Assembly (NCBI GenBank): GCA_950097015.1
Contig: CATNEN010000015.1
Span: 1,984,001-2,048,000 of the forward strand
DNA from: Macrostomum hystrix
Lineage: Eukaryota > Animalia > Platyhelminthes
Length of the DNA stretch: 64,000 nt
Direction of reading: 5' to 3'
The translations under genes were made by a program, and so were the position numbers. Every line of letters begins with the position of its first letter. Within the stretch, counting starts at the first letter, position 1. Under the pieces are notes generated by a model, which was given only the letters and a program-made list of their open reading frames with translations, was not told the DNA's origin and ran no database searches. Below are positions 51,395 to 62,045 of this stretch, in pieces.

Positions 51395-52682
51395 TGGGTT
51401 TGATTTTAATATGGCTTTATTATTATTATTTTAATTTTGTTATGTCTTTGCATTATCAAGTGTTCTTGAACATGCCGGCTACCGCATCCAGAAATCATAG
51501 ATTCCTCTTTTAGCAGCTTAGCATAACGCCAGTTCATTTTCGTGGATTCAGAACTGTGTTTGTCTTATTGCTACTCGTCTCGAAAACTCGCATACAGCTG
51601 GCTTCTATTGTGATCCCGGATATCTAATGCGGTTTCACGGGCTCGCATGCAGCCAAATAAAATGTTTCTTGAAAGAAAATGATAGGTTTTTTATTATTTC
51701 AGGCTTCAGCCAAGTTTTGTAATCAGTTATTATTGTGCTGGTGCTTTCTGACAAGCAGGAAAGTGCTTCTAAACCGATAAAATATTCGCGTGTTTCGTTA
51801 GTCCATTAAGGCATTCTGCCTAAATGCCTTAATGTTAGTCCTAATGGGCGGAACTGCATTCCATTCTTTGGCAGAAAAACATTTATCGTTTAGCGAGGCG
51901 TTCCGCATTTTCGCTTTTGTAGCCCCCTTAAATACGGACTTAAATACTCAGTTTGACAAAATACATTCAGCCGCATGTATGTGCCTCGGGACTTGTGCGA
52001 TACCTTATTTATGAGAAGTCAGAAGGGTTCCTGCCCTGCGAGACGGTGTGGATGTGCGGATGTGAGCGTGCATGTGTGCTCAGAGGTTATCTTGGAAAGT
52101 CTCTTGTGTGTGGCTGGTTTGTGTGCTTTTTGTTAGGCCTTCCTCACCCACCCCCGTCCTGGCTCAGAGTGCCCGGTGCCGCCATCTGATTGGCTGGGCG
52201 CGGGCATTGTGTGTCTATCCTACCCCAGCCCTGCGTGGCTTTGCCCTCACGCCAATCAGCTCTGCGTAGCTTTGCCCGTCCACCCATCCAGCGCGTACAA
52301 CCCTACCCCCCCAACGCGCTGTAGGCTTTGTTTGTGCTCCGCCCCTGTCTGCCCCCTTGTCGGCCCTAGTGGTATCGTTTTCTGCCCGGGCCAAGGGTAC
52401 CACTCGCCCCCCTCGCGAACTTTAAAAGATCGTGCCGTAAAGACGGTCTCTTACGGCGAAGGCTCAATTCCTTGCATGCGAAGTGTTTATTGACTACATT
52501 TATTTATTGTAGTGATTGCGAGCGTATGGTTTATTGAAGTGCAAACATTGACGACAAATACATTCAGCGTCATCCTGCCATCCTATCGTGCGTCCCGACC
52601 GGTAAGCGCTGTATTCGTGTCTGTCCTTTCGGAGTGCCAGGCCCGCACGGAGTACTGTAATAGTCTTAGAAGTACTGTGTGA

Positions 52683-53240
52683 GCGTCCTAACGCCACCAG
52701 TCCCTGACTGCAACAGCGCGTCCTAACGCCACCAGTCCCTGACTGCAACAGCGCGTCCTAACGCCACCAGTCCCTGACTGCAACAGCGCGTCCTAACGCC
52801 ACCAGTCCCTGACTGCAACAGCGCGTCCTAACGCCACCAGTCCCTGACTGCAACAGCGCGTCCTAACGCCACCAGTCCCTGACTGCAACAGCGCGTCCTA
52901 ACGCCACCAGTCCCTGACAGCAACAGCGCGTCCTAACGCCACCAGTCCCTGACTGCAACAGCGCGTCCTAACGCCACCAGTCCCTGACTGCAACAGCGCG
53001 TCCTAACGCCACCAGTCCCTGACTGCAACAGAGCGTCCTAACGCCACCAGTCCCTGACTGCAACAGCGCGTCCTAACGCCACCAGTCCCTGACTGCAACA
53101 GCGCGTCCTAACGCCACCAGTCCCTGACTGCAACAGCGCGTCCTAACGCCACCAGTCCCTGACTGCAACAGCGCGTCCTAACGCCACCAGTCCCTGACTG
53201 CAACAGAGCGTCCTAACGCCACCAGTCCCTGACTGCAACA
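52683..53240. repeat. 35-bp minisatellite (GCGTCCTAACGCCACCAGTCCCTGACTGCAACAGC)n, ~16 units
   Basis: Direct periodicity, nearly identical units. Confidence 0.96.
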
Positions 53241-53604
53241 TATTTTACTTACTAGGGCTGTGGGCCAGGGATCTCAAACCGACCACTAACTTTAGAAAAC
53301 TGACATGAAGTTTCAGGCAACGGTGAGCGCACCAGATCAGACTAGTTTGTTGAGGATAAACTTTCTGGAAAGAAATTGTAAGAATCATTTAACCGGATTT
53401 AACTGAGTCTAGCGATCAGTTTGCTCTGTGTTTGTGTTTGCTGAAAAACTAAAGCTGCATCCAAGCTTTAGCGAAGGACGAAATAACCTTTTATTTTGCA
53501 GTCCTTGGCTTCGATGATAGGGTCGCGTTTTCGCAGTTTAAAGAAATAATAATTTTAAAGTATTTCACGAGTATTTCACACCAAGCAATTAATCTCAAAT
53601 TAAC

Positions 53605-53763
53605 AGGTGGTAGTCTGTCTCAGCCACACAGGTAGTAGTCATAGCCACACGTAGTAGTCTCAGCCACACAGGTAGTAGTCTCAGCCACACAGATAGTAGT
53701 CTCAGCCACACAGATAGTAGTCTCAGCTTCACAGGTAGTATAGTCTCAGCCACGCAGGTAGTA
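53605..53763. repeat. Degenerate 21-bp GAGACTACTACCTGTGTGGCT array (~7 units, minus orientation) downstream of WSC copy B
   Basis: Plus strand reads AGCCACACAGGTAGTAGTCTC repeatedly. Confidence 0.88.
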
Positions 53764-53785
53764 ATCTAACTGTAATCTATGTAAT

Positions 53786-54515
53786 CTAACCTTCTACCTG
53801 CGATTTCGAGCCTCGCAGGTAGAAATCGCCAGCAACGCCAGTTAGGGTAGACGGCGGGTAGGCGAACCTGAGCAGGTAGCACTGACTTCGAATCTTTAAG
53901 GAGATCACAGCCTGACAGTCAGCGCTGGCATGGCACTGAGCCACGCACTTGATCTTCAATGTCACAGCGCTTGTCCAGAATGTGGTATAAGTGGCCACCA
54001 CAGTCAGGCTTGGCGTTTGGGTCCGGGTGAAGATGTTCCTACCTGCAAATCAAGTTTTTAAGGCTAAGTCACGGCTCCTAGAACTCTACGAACTCCACGA
54101 ATTCCTAGAACTACCTACCCGGGTAGGTTTGGGCGAACACGGAGTTCCGGTCGCTTCCTCCACAGATCTGTGACGAGTTTCCTGAGCAGGCCATGTTGCA
54201 CTCGGACTCACTGGCTGCTCCGTAAAGCCAGAAGGACTTGCCACAAAAGCACTCACGGCTGTTCTGCACACCGAAGTACGTGAATCCGCCAAGTGAGCAG
54301 ACATTGCTGCAGAAATCATGCGACATGGTGTTGCTGCGCACGCCTTCTTTGTTGTAAGCGAATTCACCAAGTGTGCTCACTCCATCCAGCCCGTTCAAGG
54401 CTCTGACGCTACGCCAATCATCCTTGAAGCAGCCGACGTAGGAGAACTGAGCCACCCTGGCAGCAGCGACAGCCAGCAGAGCGCAGCAGACAGCGGAGGC
54501 CAAAGCGCTGATCAT
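53786..54515 (-). CDS. Secreted WSC + PAN/apple-like protein, copy B, ~217 aa. Exons 54515-54119, 54042-53786
   Basis: Same signal peptide, WSC motifs and phase-1 intron (G|GTAGGT...TTTGCAG|) as copy A; 654 nt total. Confidence 0.88.
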
Positions 54516-54888
54516 TATCGCCAATTACGAAGCTAACTATGAAGATAATATTTAACCGTTGCTGTTTTAGCCTTCTTAAGTAACATACAACCTGAGCATA
54601 ATCTCGCCGGACTTCTGTTTTACCTAAAGTAATATGTAAAATGCGATTTGCTGTCCAATTTATCACAATGGACTGGCCGAACCAATCAGAAAGCAGAACC
54701 TGCTTAAGGGGTGCTGACTTGTTTTAATACACCTAAATAGTCTATAAATTTCCTCAAAACTGCCAAATTATTTAAAAAAATAACTTTAAAAAAAATAATC
54801 TGAATAGTTGGCTCTAGGTATTCAAGTTCAATTCGGGTGTGCATGGACATTTCATAAAATTGATGTACGACAAAACTCAAGAGATGCA

Positions 54889-54978
54889 TGAGCTGAAGAG
54901 ACAGGTGAGCTGAAAGGACAGGTGAGCTGAAGTGACAGGTGAGCTGAAGTGACAGGTGAGCTGAAGGGACAGGTGAGT
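54889..54978. repeat. Short 17-bp GACAGGTGAGCTG array
   Basis: Same unit family as 46711. Confidence 0.88.
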
Positions 54979-55003
54979 TTTAGATAGATAGACAGGTGCA
55001 CTA

Positions 55004-56135
55004 TCTATGCACCGCCCGAGACTTCCAAGTATTTCGATGAGGATGTCTGGGAGGATATAAAAGGTCTCATTCAGACGTATTCCACAATAGGAATCGTTCT
55101 CACAATCGGTGATTTTAATGCAAGGACGGGGTCAATGCAAGCAAATTGTGGTCCTCATTTCCGTAGAGTTAATCAGGACACGGGAAAAAGCAAACATGGC
55201 CTCCAACTCTTAGAAGTGTGTTGTGAAACGAAATCAGCAATCCTCAATGGGCTAAGTGGAGTAGCTGAAGGGGATATTTTGGGAAACTACACTTACAGCT
55301 GTACGCTGGGACGCAGCTATTGATTGATTATGCCATTGCGTTCATAGATAGTCTTGACATGGTGGAAGATTTCTTTGTCCACCCTCAAAACTTCCTCTCA
55401 AAGCACTCTCCATTGACAGTCAAAGTGCGCATACAAGACATGAGCCCTCAGGAAGTGGTACGCGGGAACAAGACCATAAACTATCCAAGGCCACCCACCT
55501 GGAATCCCGTTGCACAGCAGCACTTCATCGAAGCCCTAGAAAGTCAACAGAGTCTGGAATACATAAAGCAGATTGTTACACAGGAAGTAAAGGAGACCTC
55601 ATCTATTGCTGATCTCACATCTAAGTTAAACCGTCTGCTGCAGAGGAGTCCGTTCCCAAGAGCGGGGGTAAAAATATTATTCCCAACAAATTCTGGATAA
55701 ACAGAGACGAAAATCTTAGGGATTTGGCTAAATCATTAAAGTACGTAGCAAGGAAAAAAGTCGAAAGCCAGCGGACAGATCACTGGTCACAGAATACGAT
55801 GAGCTTGCAAATAAGTATTGGAACCATCTAAAAAAGCTGAAAAAACTGACATAAATTATTTTATCCAGAAAATTGCATGCTCCAACACATCCAGGGGATT
55901 TTGGTCAGGTTTAAAAAGAGCCGAGGAATTGCTGTTTCCCAACAAGCGAGTTTCCAGGGCACAACCCCCAATAGCAGATATTCAGAAGCACCTAAGCAGC
56001 ATTTTCAACATGCAACCCTCAGTCAGATGCCTCCGAAGTCATCCACCAAACCCAAAAATCTTTACAGACACAACAGTCAGCACCCAGGAAATTGATAAGG
56101 CAGCTAGATAACAAAGCCACTGCCCTGAGGCCCAT
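55004..56135 (+). mobile_element. Non-LTR retrotransposon fragment, AP-endonuclease region, frameshifted and truncated before the RT
   Basis: IYAPP...IGDFNARTG...ILNG...IDYAI...SKHSPL motifs of the APE domain, followed by linker reads broken by frameshifts. Confidence 0.8.
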
Positions 56136-56661
56136 AGTTAGAATGCAAAAACACAATAGCTATTCTTCTTTCGGTCCGTTTTAATTTTCTCTTTAAATTT
56201 CAATATTTCATTTTTGTTTTAATGCCTTTGTTTATTTAAAAAATTTGTTTTCTTTCAAATATTTTATTCACCTAAAATAAAACCTTATGCATGCTACTGT
56301 TCTTCTATCACCTTCTTTTTTAAATCGAATTGTTCAGCCTCAAACATCAAATAAACAAAAAAATCAGCACCCAATCGGCGGGCGCACCTCAATAATAATA
56401 ATGGGTGGGTAAAGCAGCTCGCGGCTTTACCCGTTTTTAATGTCAGAGCGCGCGGCCCTCCTCTCTCTCTGCCCTCTCTCCGCCGCCTACCGCCCACCCC
56501 CTTTTGCGTGTTCATCTGTGCTCGTACATTTCCGAGACTGCACATTTTAAGTCCCGGGGCTGCGCCCCAATATATGTCGCCCCGTGTTGAGAAGCGAGGA
56601 TCGCTGTCGCTGTCTCAAAAATAAAATTTTTAAAATAAAATTTGCTAAATAGATTTTTAGC

Positions 56662-57737
56662 ATGGCAGAGCTGCTCAATCAGCTACTTGGCATGACTTCG
56701 CGCCAATTGTCAGACCATCTGGAGTCACTTGGCTGCAGTACCGAAGACAGCGCCCGTGGCAATAAGAGCGACAAAATCAAACGCATTCTGTCCCTGCAAA
56801 AGGACGAGGGCGCCTCCAGCGACGCATCCAGCCTTCAGGCGCAGATCGACGAACTGCTTCGGACATCCGGCGAGACCAACGGCAACGCGGCCGGGCCCCC
56901 TGCAGCGACTGGACCTGACAATGAGGCCATGGAGGCGGAGATCCGAGCGACGGAGCAGCGCATCCGACTGCTGCAGCTGAAGCGTGAGGAAGCTGCACTG
57001 CGCGCCGAGCTCAGATCCCTCCCGGCCGCCCCGCAGCCCGCTGGAAATAGCTCTGGTGAGTGGCGACATAACCTCCACACTATTCTAACGCATGATGATG
57101 AAGGAGATTATGCGCAGGCGCAGGAGCCCTGCCGAAGACGTCCAAGCCGCTGCTGGTGTCAGATTTCCTCAGCAGAGAAGGATCGTCTGAGAACACCGTT
57201 TTGCACAGTCGCTCAGGTGATTTGGTGTTTAAAGGCAACAAGTCTGTATGCGCTGAAAATATCAATCTGGCTCAGTGGATTATTGGAAATGCGAAGGTGT
57301 TGGACTGCATGCTGAACAAAGGACAGCTTGTTACAGTGGGTGCCGATGGCCGGCCGGACGTGTCAGAACTGAGGCAATACCTGAAGTACAACATCCAGAT
57401 CGGCGAACTGGCGGAGTCTGGCTTCGGAACCGCCAAGATCATGCGCTTTGACGAGAGCTACCGCATCAACCAGCACAGCAGCAGCTTTCCGTGGGCGACC
57501 GAGTCATTCCAGCTGCTGGCCAGGCACCTGCTAGCACCAGACAACACCAACGAATCGCGTTTCCAAAAGGTTAAATCTCATCAGACTCAACCAAGCCGGC
57601 CAGTCTGCAACAATTTCAATGCCAACAAGTGCTTCCGCAAGGCCTGCCATTTCCAGCACATCTGCCGAATCTGCAAGGGCAACCACCCGGCCAGTGCCCA
57701 CGAGTCAGGCACCAGCCAAGATCCTGCAAAAAACTAA
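56662..57737 (+). CDS. Gag-like protein of the Ngaro element, predicted spliced (56662-57055 + 57118-57737, ~337 aa)
   Basis: N-terminal SAP-like motif and coiled coil. C-terminal Cys/His knuckle CNNFNANKCFRKACHFQHICRICKGNH. The two halves are in different frames, joined exactly by a 62-nt GTGAGT..CTAAC..CAG intron. Confidence 0.75.
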
Positions 57738-57826
57738 TTGGGGCGGCCAGCGGGCGGCCCTCGCCATCGGGGACCGCCAACGAGCTGGCCCAGCTCCCTG
57801 TTTTTAGCCTTTTAACTCCTCAAGCA

Positions 57827-59479
57827 ATGTCTGAAGCCGCTCTGCTCTGCTCCGGCCTTCACAACAAGCTGGCTGTTTGGGAAGAAGAGCTGCAATCCGA
57901 TCCCGATGCCGACTTCATTTTGAAGGGTCTCCGTGATGGCTTTGAAATAACTAATCTGACTGGTATTCAAACTGCTAGCGAAGATAATCACAGGTCCGCT
58001 ACCTGTCCTGAAAATCGCGAGCAAGTCGAGAAGCTGATCTTGGATGAGCTGAAAAACAGCAGGTACATGCTAGTCGAAGACAGGCCGCGCATCATCAGCC
58101 CGCTAGGTGCCGTGGCCAAGTCATCTGGCGGTCTTCGCCTGATCCATGACGCCAGCCTGCCCCGCGGCCGGAGCATCAACGAGTACTTCAAGCAGGATAA
58201 GAAGCTTCGCTTTTCAACCGTTAGTTCTTTCACCAAGAAGCTGAAACCAGGCTGGTTTATGGCCAAAGTTGACCTCGCCAAGGCCTACCGCTCCTGTCCA
58301 GTCAGCGCTAACGCCTACCAGATCACGGGGCTACGATGGACTTTCAGCGGTGAGAGCGAGCCCCGGTACCTCGTGGACACCTGTCTTGGCTTCGGGTTCG
58401 CTGCCAGCGTCAATGTGTTTCACCGACTCTCCGAAGCGGTCAAGCGCATGATGATTCGCCGAGGTTATCACGTCATCTGCAACTACCTCGACGACTTCGC
58501 CGTTGCCGCCAGCACCCTCGATGCCTGCCAGGAGGCCTACAATACCCTCCTGAGTCTTCTGCGTCGCCTGGGTTTTTCTATCAACTGGGAGAAAGTGTCT
58601 CCACCCAGTCAGTCTATGGTTTTTCTCGGCATCCACATCGACACGGCTGCCGGCCGACTAACTCTCCCGCAGGAGAAGCTCGAGTCTTTACAGAGCCTGC
58701 TGGATGCCGCAGCTGCCAGCAAGCGACTCAATAAGAAGCAACTGCAGAAGCTTTGTGGCAAAATTGGTTGGTTTTGCGAGGTCGCCCGCGCTGGTAGATC
58801 TTTACTTCGGAGCCTCATTAACTTGACCAACAGCTTGACTTTGCCTCATCACAAAATGCGCGTCGAAGGCCCACTGGAGGAGCAGTTGCGTTTCTGGAGA
58901 TCAGCGACCAATTGGATGCACGGAATCGAGCTGTGGCCGCAGTTCGCCAAGCGGTTGGTCGTCGAGACAGACGCCTGCCTGACAGGTGGCGCTGCAGTGA
59001 TCTCGGATGGAGCAGAGAGTGACTGGATGTTCGTTGACTGGGCTGCTGATTTTTCTGGCGCGTTGCAAGGCCTGCATATCAACTATTTGGAGTGCGCGAT
59101 GCCTTTGGTTTTTATCATCCTGTTCAACGAGCGTTTGGCCAACTGTCACGTTGTTTTCTATACCGACAATTCGTCTGTTGCAGGGATGCTGCGCAAGGGC
59201 TCTGCCAAGCCCCCAATCATTCAGGCGCTGACGCGTACAGCTATTCTAATTGCTCTTAAGTATCGCATTCATTTTGAAGTTTTTCACGTTCCTGGGAGAT
59301 ACCAGATCTTTAGCGACCCTGCCTCCCGTCTGACTAATAAGCACGGTCTCATAAACTTTTTGCTTCGTTACTATGGCTCTATTTACGTCAACGCAGCTGC
59401 TGTTGCTACGCACGCGCTGTCTGCCGCTTCCTGCCAATCTCTCTTTTTGCAGGTCCAGAAGCTGCAGCGGGGCCCCTGA
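57827..59479 (+). CDS. Pol: reverse transcriptase + RNase H of the Ngaro element
   Basis: RLIHD, KVDLAKAYRS, GFGFAAS, NYLDDF (RT). VETDAC, HINYLE, FYTDNSSV, HVPG...DPASR (RNase H). Frame is open from 57629; first plausible ATG 57827. No methyltransferase domain follows. Confidence 0.93.
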   Translation: MSEAALLCSGLHNKLAVWEEELQSDPDADFILKGLRDGFEITNLTGIQTASEDNHRSATCPENREQVEKLILDELKNSRYMLVEDRPRIISPLGAVAKSSGGLRLIHDASLPRGRSINEYFKQDKKLRFSTVSSFTKKLKPGWFMAKVDLAKAYRSCPVSANAYQITGLRWTFSGESEPRYLVDTCLGFGFAASVNVFHRLSEAVKRMMIRRGYHVICNYLDDFAVAASTLDACQEAYNTLLSLLRRLGFSINWEKVSPPSQSMVFLGIHIDTAAGRLTLPQEKLESLQSLLDAAAASKRLNKKQLQKLCGKIGWFCEVARAGRSLLRSLINLTNSLTLPHHKMRVEGPLEEQLRFWRSATNWMHGIELWPQFAKRLVVETDACLTGGAAVISDGAESDWMFVDWAADFSGALQGLHINYLECAMPLVFIILFNERLANCHVVFYTDNSSVAGMLRKGSAKPPIIQALTRTAILIALKYRIHFEVFHVPGRYQIFSDPASRLTNKHGLINFLLRYYGSIYVNAAAVATHALSAASCQSLFLQVQKLQRGP

Positions 59480-60498
59480 GGACGGAGCGAGACCGGCTGT
59501 TCAACCAGGCGCTGGCCCCGAGCACAAGGCGAGCTCTGAAGTCACAGCTCAACCGGTGGCAACAGTTCTGTAGCGAGATCGGCATCCACCCGCTAGAGGC
59601 CGACGGCCCAACGGTGTCGTTGTACGTCTCTCACCTACACCTCAAGCATCTGACAGCTTTTTCCAGCTTTCAAGCGTACCTGCATGCTGTGTCCTGGCTG
59701 TACAAGCTAGCCGGGAGGGCCGATCCGACCGCTCACCCGCTGGTACGACTCGCTCTGCAAGGCGTTAAGCGTCAACGGGGTGCCCAAGCACGACAGAAAG
59801 CGGGTTTGACACCGAGCATGCTGCTCCAGCTTAGATCGCACATCGATACGACCTCCTGCTCCGGTGCGGCTTTCTGGTGCTGCCTCCTGGTGGGTTTCTG
59901 GGGCTTGCTACGAGCAGACAACCTGTGCCTGCCATCGGCGGCAGCCGCCCGAAGCCCTCGGCTGGCAGCCAGAGCGGTGCGATTGAAGGACCTGCAGCTG
60001 AGCAGCAAAGGCATCGAGTTGCGCATCCGCCACAGCAAGACCATCCAGTTCGCCGAGCGACTCCACACCGTCTGGCTGCCGCGTCTGCCGGACGTGAGTG
60101 GCTCCCGGCACCCGCTCTGCCCCTTCAGCGCAGTTCTCCTGCACCTCAACCGCAGCCGCTGCGCTGTGGATGGACCCGAATCGCTGCTGTTCTCTTTTCG
60201 TAGCGGCCAGCGTCTGGTCCCCGTCTGTCGGTCGCAGTTCACAAAGCAGCTCTTCAGATCGGCGGTTGCGGCTGGGCTCGACCCTTCGGCCATTTCGGGG
60301 CACTCTCTGCGCAGAGGTGGAGCGTCTTTCTTTGCTGGTGCTGGTGCGTCGGTGCAAGAGGTGATGGCCTTGGGAGACTGGCGCAGCGACTCTGTCTTTC
60401 GCTACATCAAGCCGAGCTGCGAAGCGCGCCGTCGCGCGGTGGAATCGGCGGCTGCGCACTGCCCTAACAGCCCCCTGCCCGCGTTGGCCTCAACCTGA
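59453..60498 (+). CDS. Tyrosine recombinase (YR) of the Ngaro element; no own AUG before the catalytic region
   Basis: ALAPSTRR..W..FC N-terminal domain; LLRADNL (R), KT.Q, GHSLRRGGAS (HxxR), LGDWRSDSVFRY (W, Y). Frame is open from 59341; first in-frame ATG is at 59818. Confidence 0.92.
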
Positions 60499-61241
60499 CT
60501 CTTCTGTTCTTTTCTTTTCTTTTGTTTTTTTTTGTTCCTTCCCTGCCTTGGCTTTGGGCTGCTTCTCGCCTGTGGGCGCACTTTCGCCAACTGCCTTCTT
60601 CCTGCGTTCTTCCTGCTTTTGCCGCCGCTTCAGACATTAATGGGTGGGTAAAGCAGCTCGCGGCTTTACCCGTTTTTAATGTCAGAGCGCGCGGCCCTCC
60701 TCTCTCTCTGCCCTCTCTCCGCCGCCTACCGCCCACCCCCTTTTGCGTGTTCATCTGTGCTCGTACATTTCCGAGACTGCACATTTTAAGTCCCGGGGCT
60801 GCGCCCCAATATATGTCGCCCCGTGTTGAGAAGCGAGGATCGCTGTCGCTGTCTCAAAAATAAAATTTTTCTTTCAGTTTTATCTGCTGCTTTAATTAAA
60901 ATAAACTCGCGCTAACAGCCACATCGCTCATGGGCTGCTTCTCGCCTGTGGGCGCACTTTCGCCAACTGCCTTCTTCCTGCGTTCTTCCTGCTTTTGCCG
61001 CCGCTTCAGACATTAATCTAACTATTCTACCATTATTAACAATTATTTTTGAAATAGTTGATTACTCATCTCAGCCTATGAGTATCTTTCAGCAGCCTAT
61101 TTTACGTGACAGAAACCAATAGCTACTTATTTTTTATTGGACCAGGCAGATAATACAATAACCGATGGGATGACTTGCTCTCGCTTATTAGCGATGAAAC
61201 CATTGTAAAATCGTTCTGGCTCTTCGTTATTAGCGACTGTG

Positions 61242-62045
61242 ATGGCAGTTCTGGTTGCAGTCATCTGTTGCGCTGTCCTAGCCGTCGCGGCGGCTAGGGT
61301 GGCTCGGTTCTCATACATCGGCTGCTTCAAGGACAACTACCGAATCGTCAGAGATTTGAACGGACTTCACGGAGTGAGTAGACTTGGCGAATTAGTTTAC
61401 AGCGACTTGGTTGGATTGCCAGACAACCGGATGACCCACGAATTCTGCAGCAAGGCCTGTTCACTGGGCGGGTTCCCGTACTTCAGCCTGCAGTACAATT
61501 ATGAATGCTTTTGCGGCAAGTCCTATGGTCTCTACGGAGCGGCCAGTGAGTCAGACTGTACGGCGGCCTGCAAGGGAAACGCGACGCAGATGTGCGGTGG
61601 AATAGATCGGAATTCCGTGTTCGCGCAGTTTTACCAAAGTGAGCTGATTGTTTTGATTCTGGAATTTGCTTCATCAGAAAGAGCTGAAAACGTTTGATAG
61701 TGCTCTGGATTTTCCTGGCTATTGGATGAATATTTTAATGACATGACATAGTTCAACATGAATAAAAAACTATTAAAAGTTATTTTCTGAAACCGTTTCT
61801 TGTTTTCAGACAATGCAATCTTTTTTAAGACTGAATTCCCTCGACTGACTGTGGAAGCCACTTGGAGCACTTTCTCAACAATGACTGTGGCATCCAGAGT
61901 GAAGTGCGTGGCTCTGTGCCAGATCAGCGCTGACTGCCAGGCAGTGATATTCTCCAAGCGGCAGCGGCTGTGCTATCGCCTCAGGTTCGCCTACCCGCCA
62001 GCGAGCTTGAGTGGCGTTACTGGAGACTACTACCTGTGTGGCTGA
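61242..62045 (+). CDS. Secreted WSC + PAN/apple-like protein, copy C, ~210 aa. Exons 61242-61638, 61810-62045
   Basis: Same architecture and phase-1 intron (A|GTGAGC...TTTCAG|); 633 nt total. Confidence 0.88.

Larger units (their letters stand above)
56399..61017 (+). mobile_element. Ngaro-type DIRS-order (tyrosine recombinase) retrotransposon with split direct repeats A1-ORFs-B1-A2-B2, apparently intact
   Basis: A1 56399-56631 = A2 60638-60870 (233 bp, no difference seen). B1 60555-60641 = B2 60931-61017 (87 bp). Gag-like, RT-RNaseH and YR ORFs between them. TAAT at both termini and at the B1/A2 overlap. Confidence 0.93.

Noticed and set aside
52420-52470. Hammerhead ribozyme around the GCCGTAA/TTACGGC stem
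   Set aside because: No CTGANGA core before the stem and GAAG rather than GAAA after it.
57057-57103. Shorter 48-nt gag intron ending at GATGAAG (57103)
   Set aside because: It preserves the truncated ORF1 frame and does not reach the zinc-knuckle frame; the 57117 and 57123 acceptors do.
59341-59480. DIRS1-type DNA methyltransferase domain after RNase H
   Set aside because: Pol ends about 45 codons after the RNase H motifs; there is no room or motif for it.
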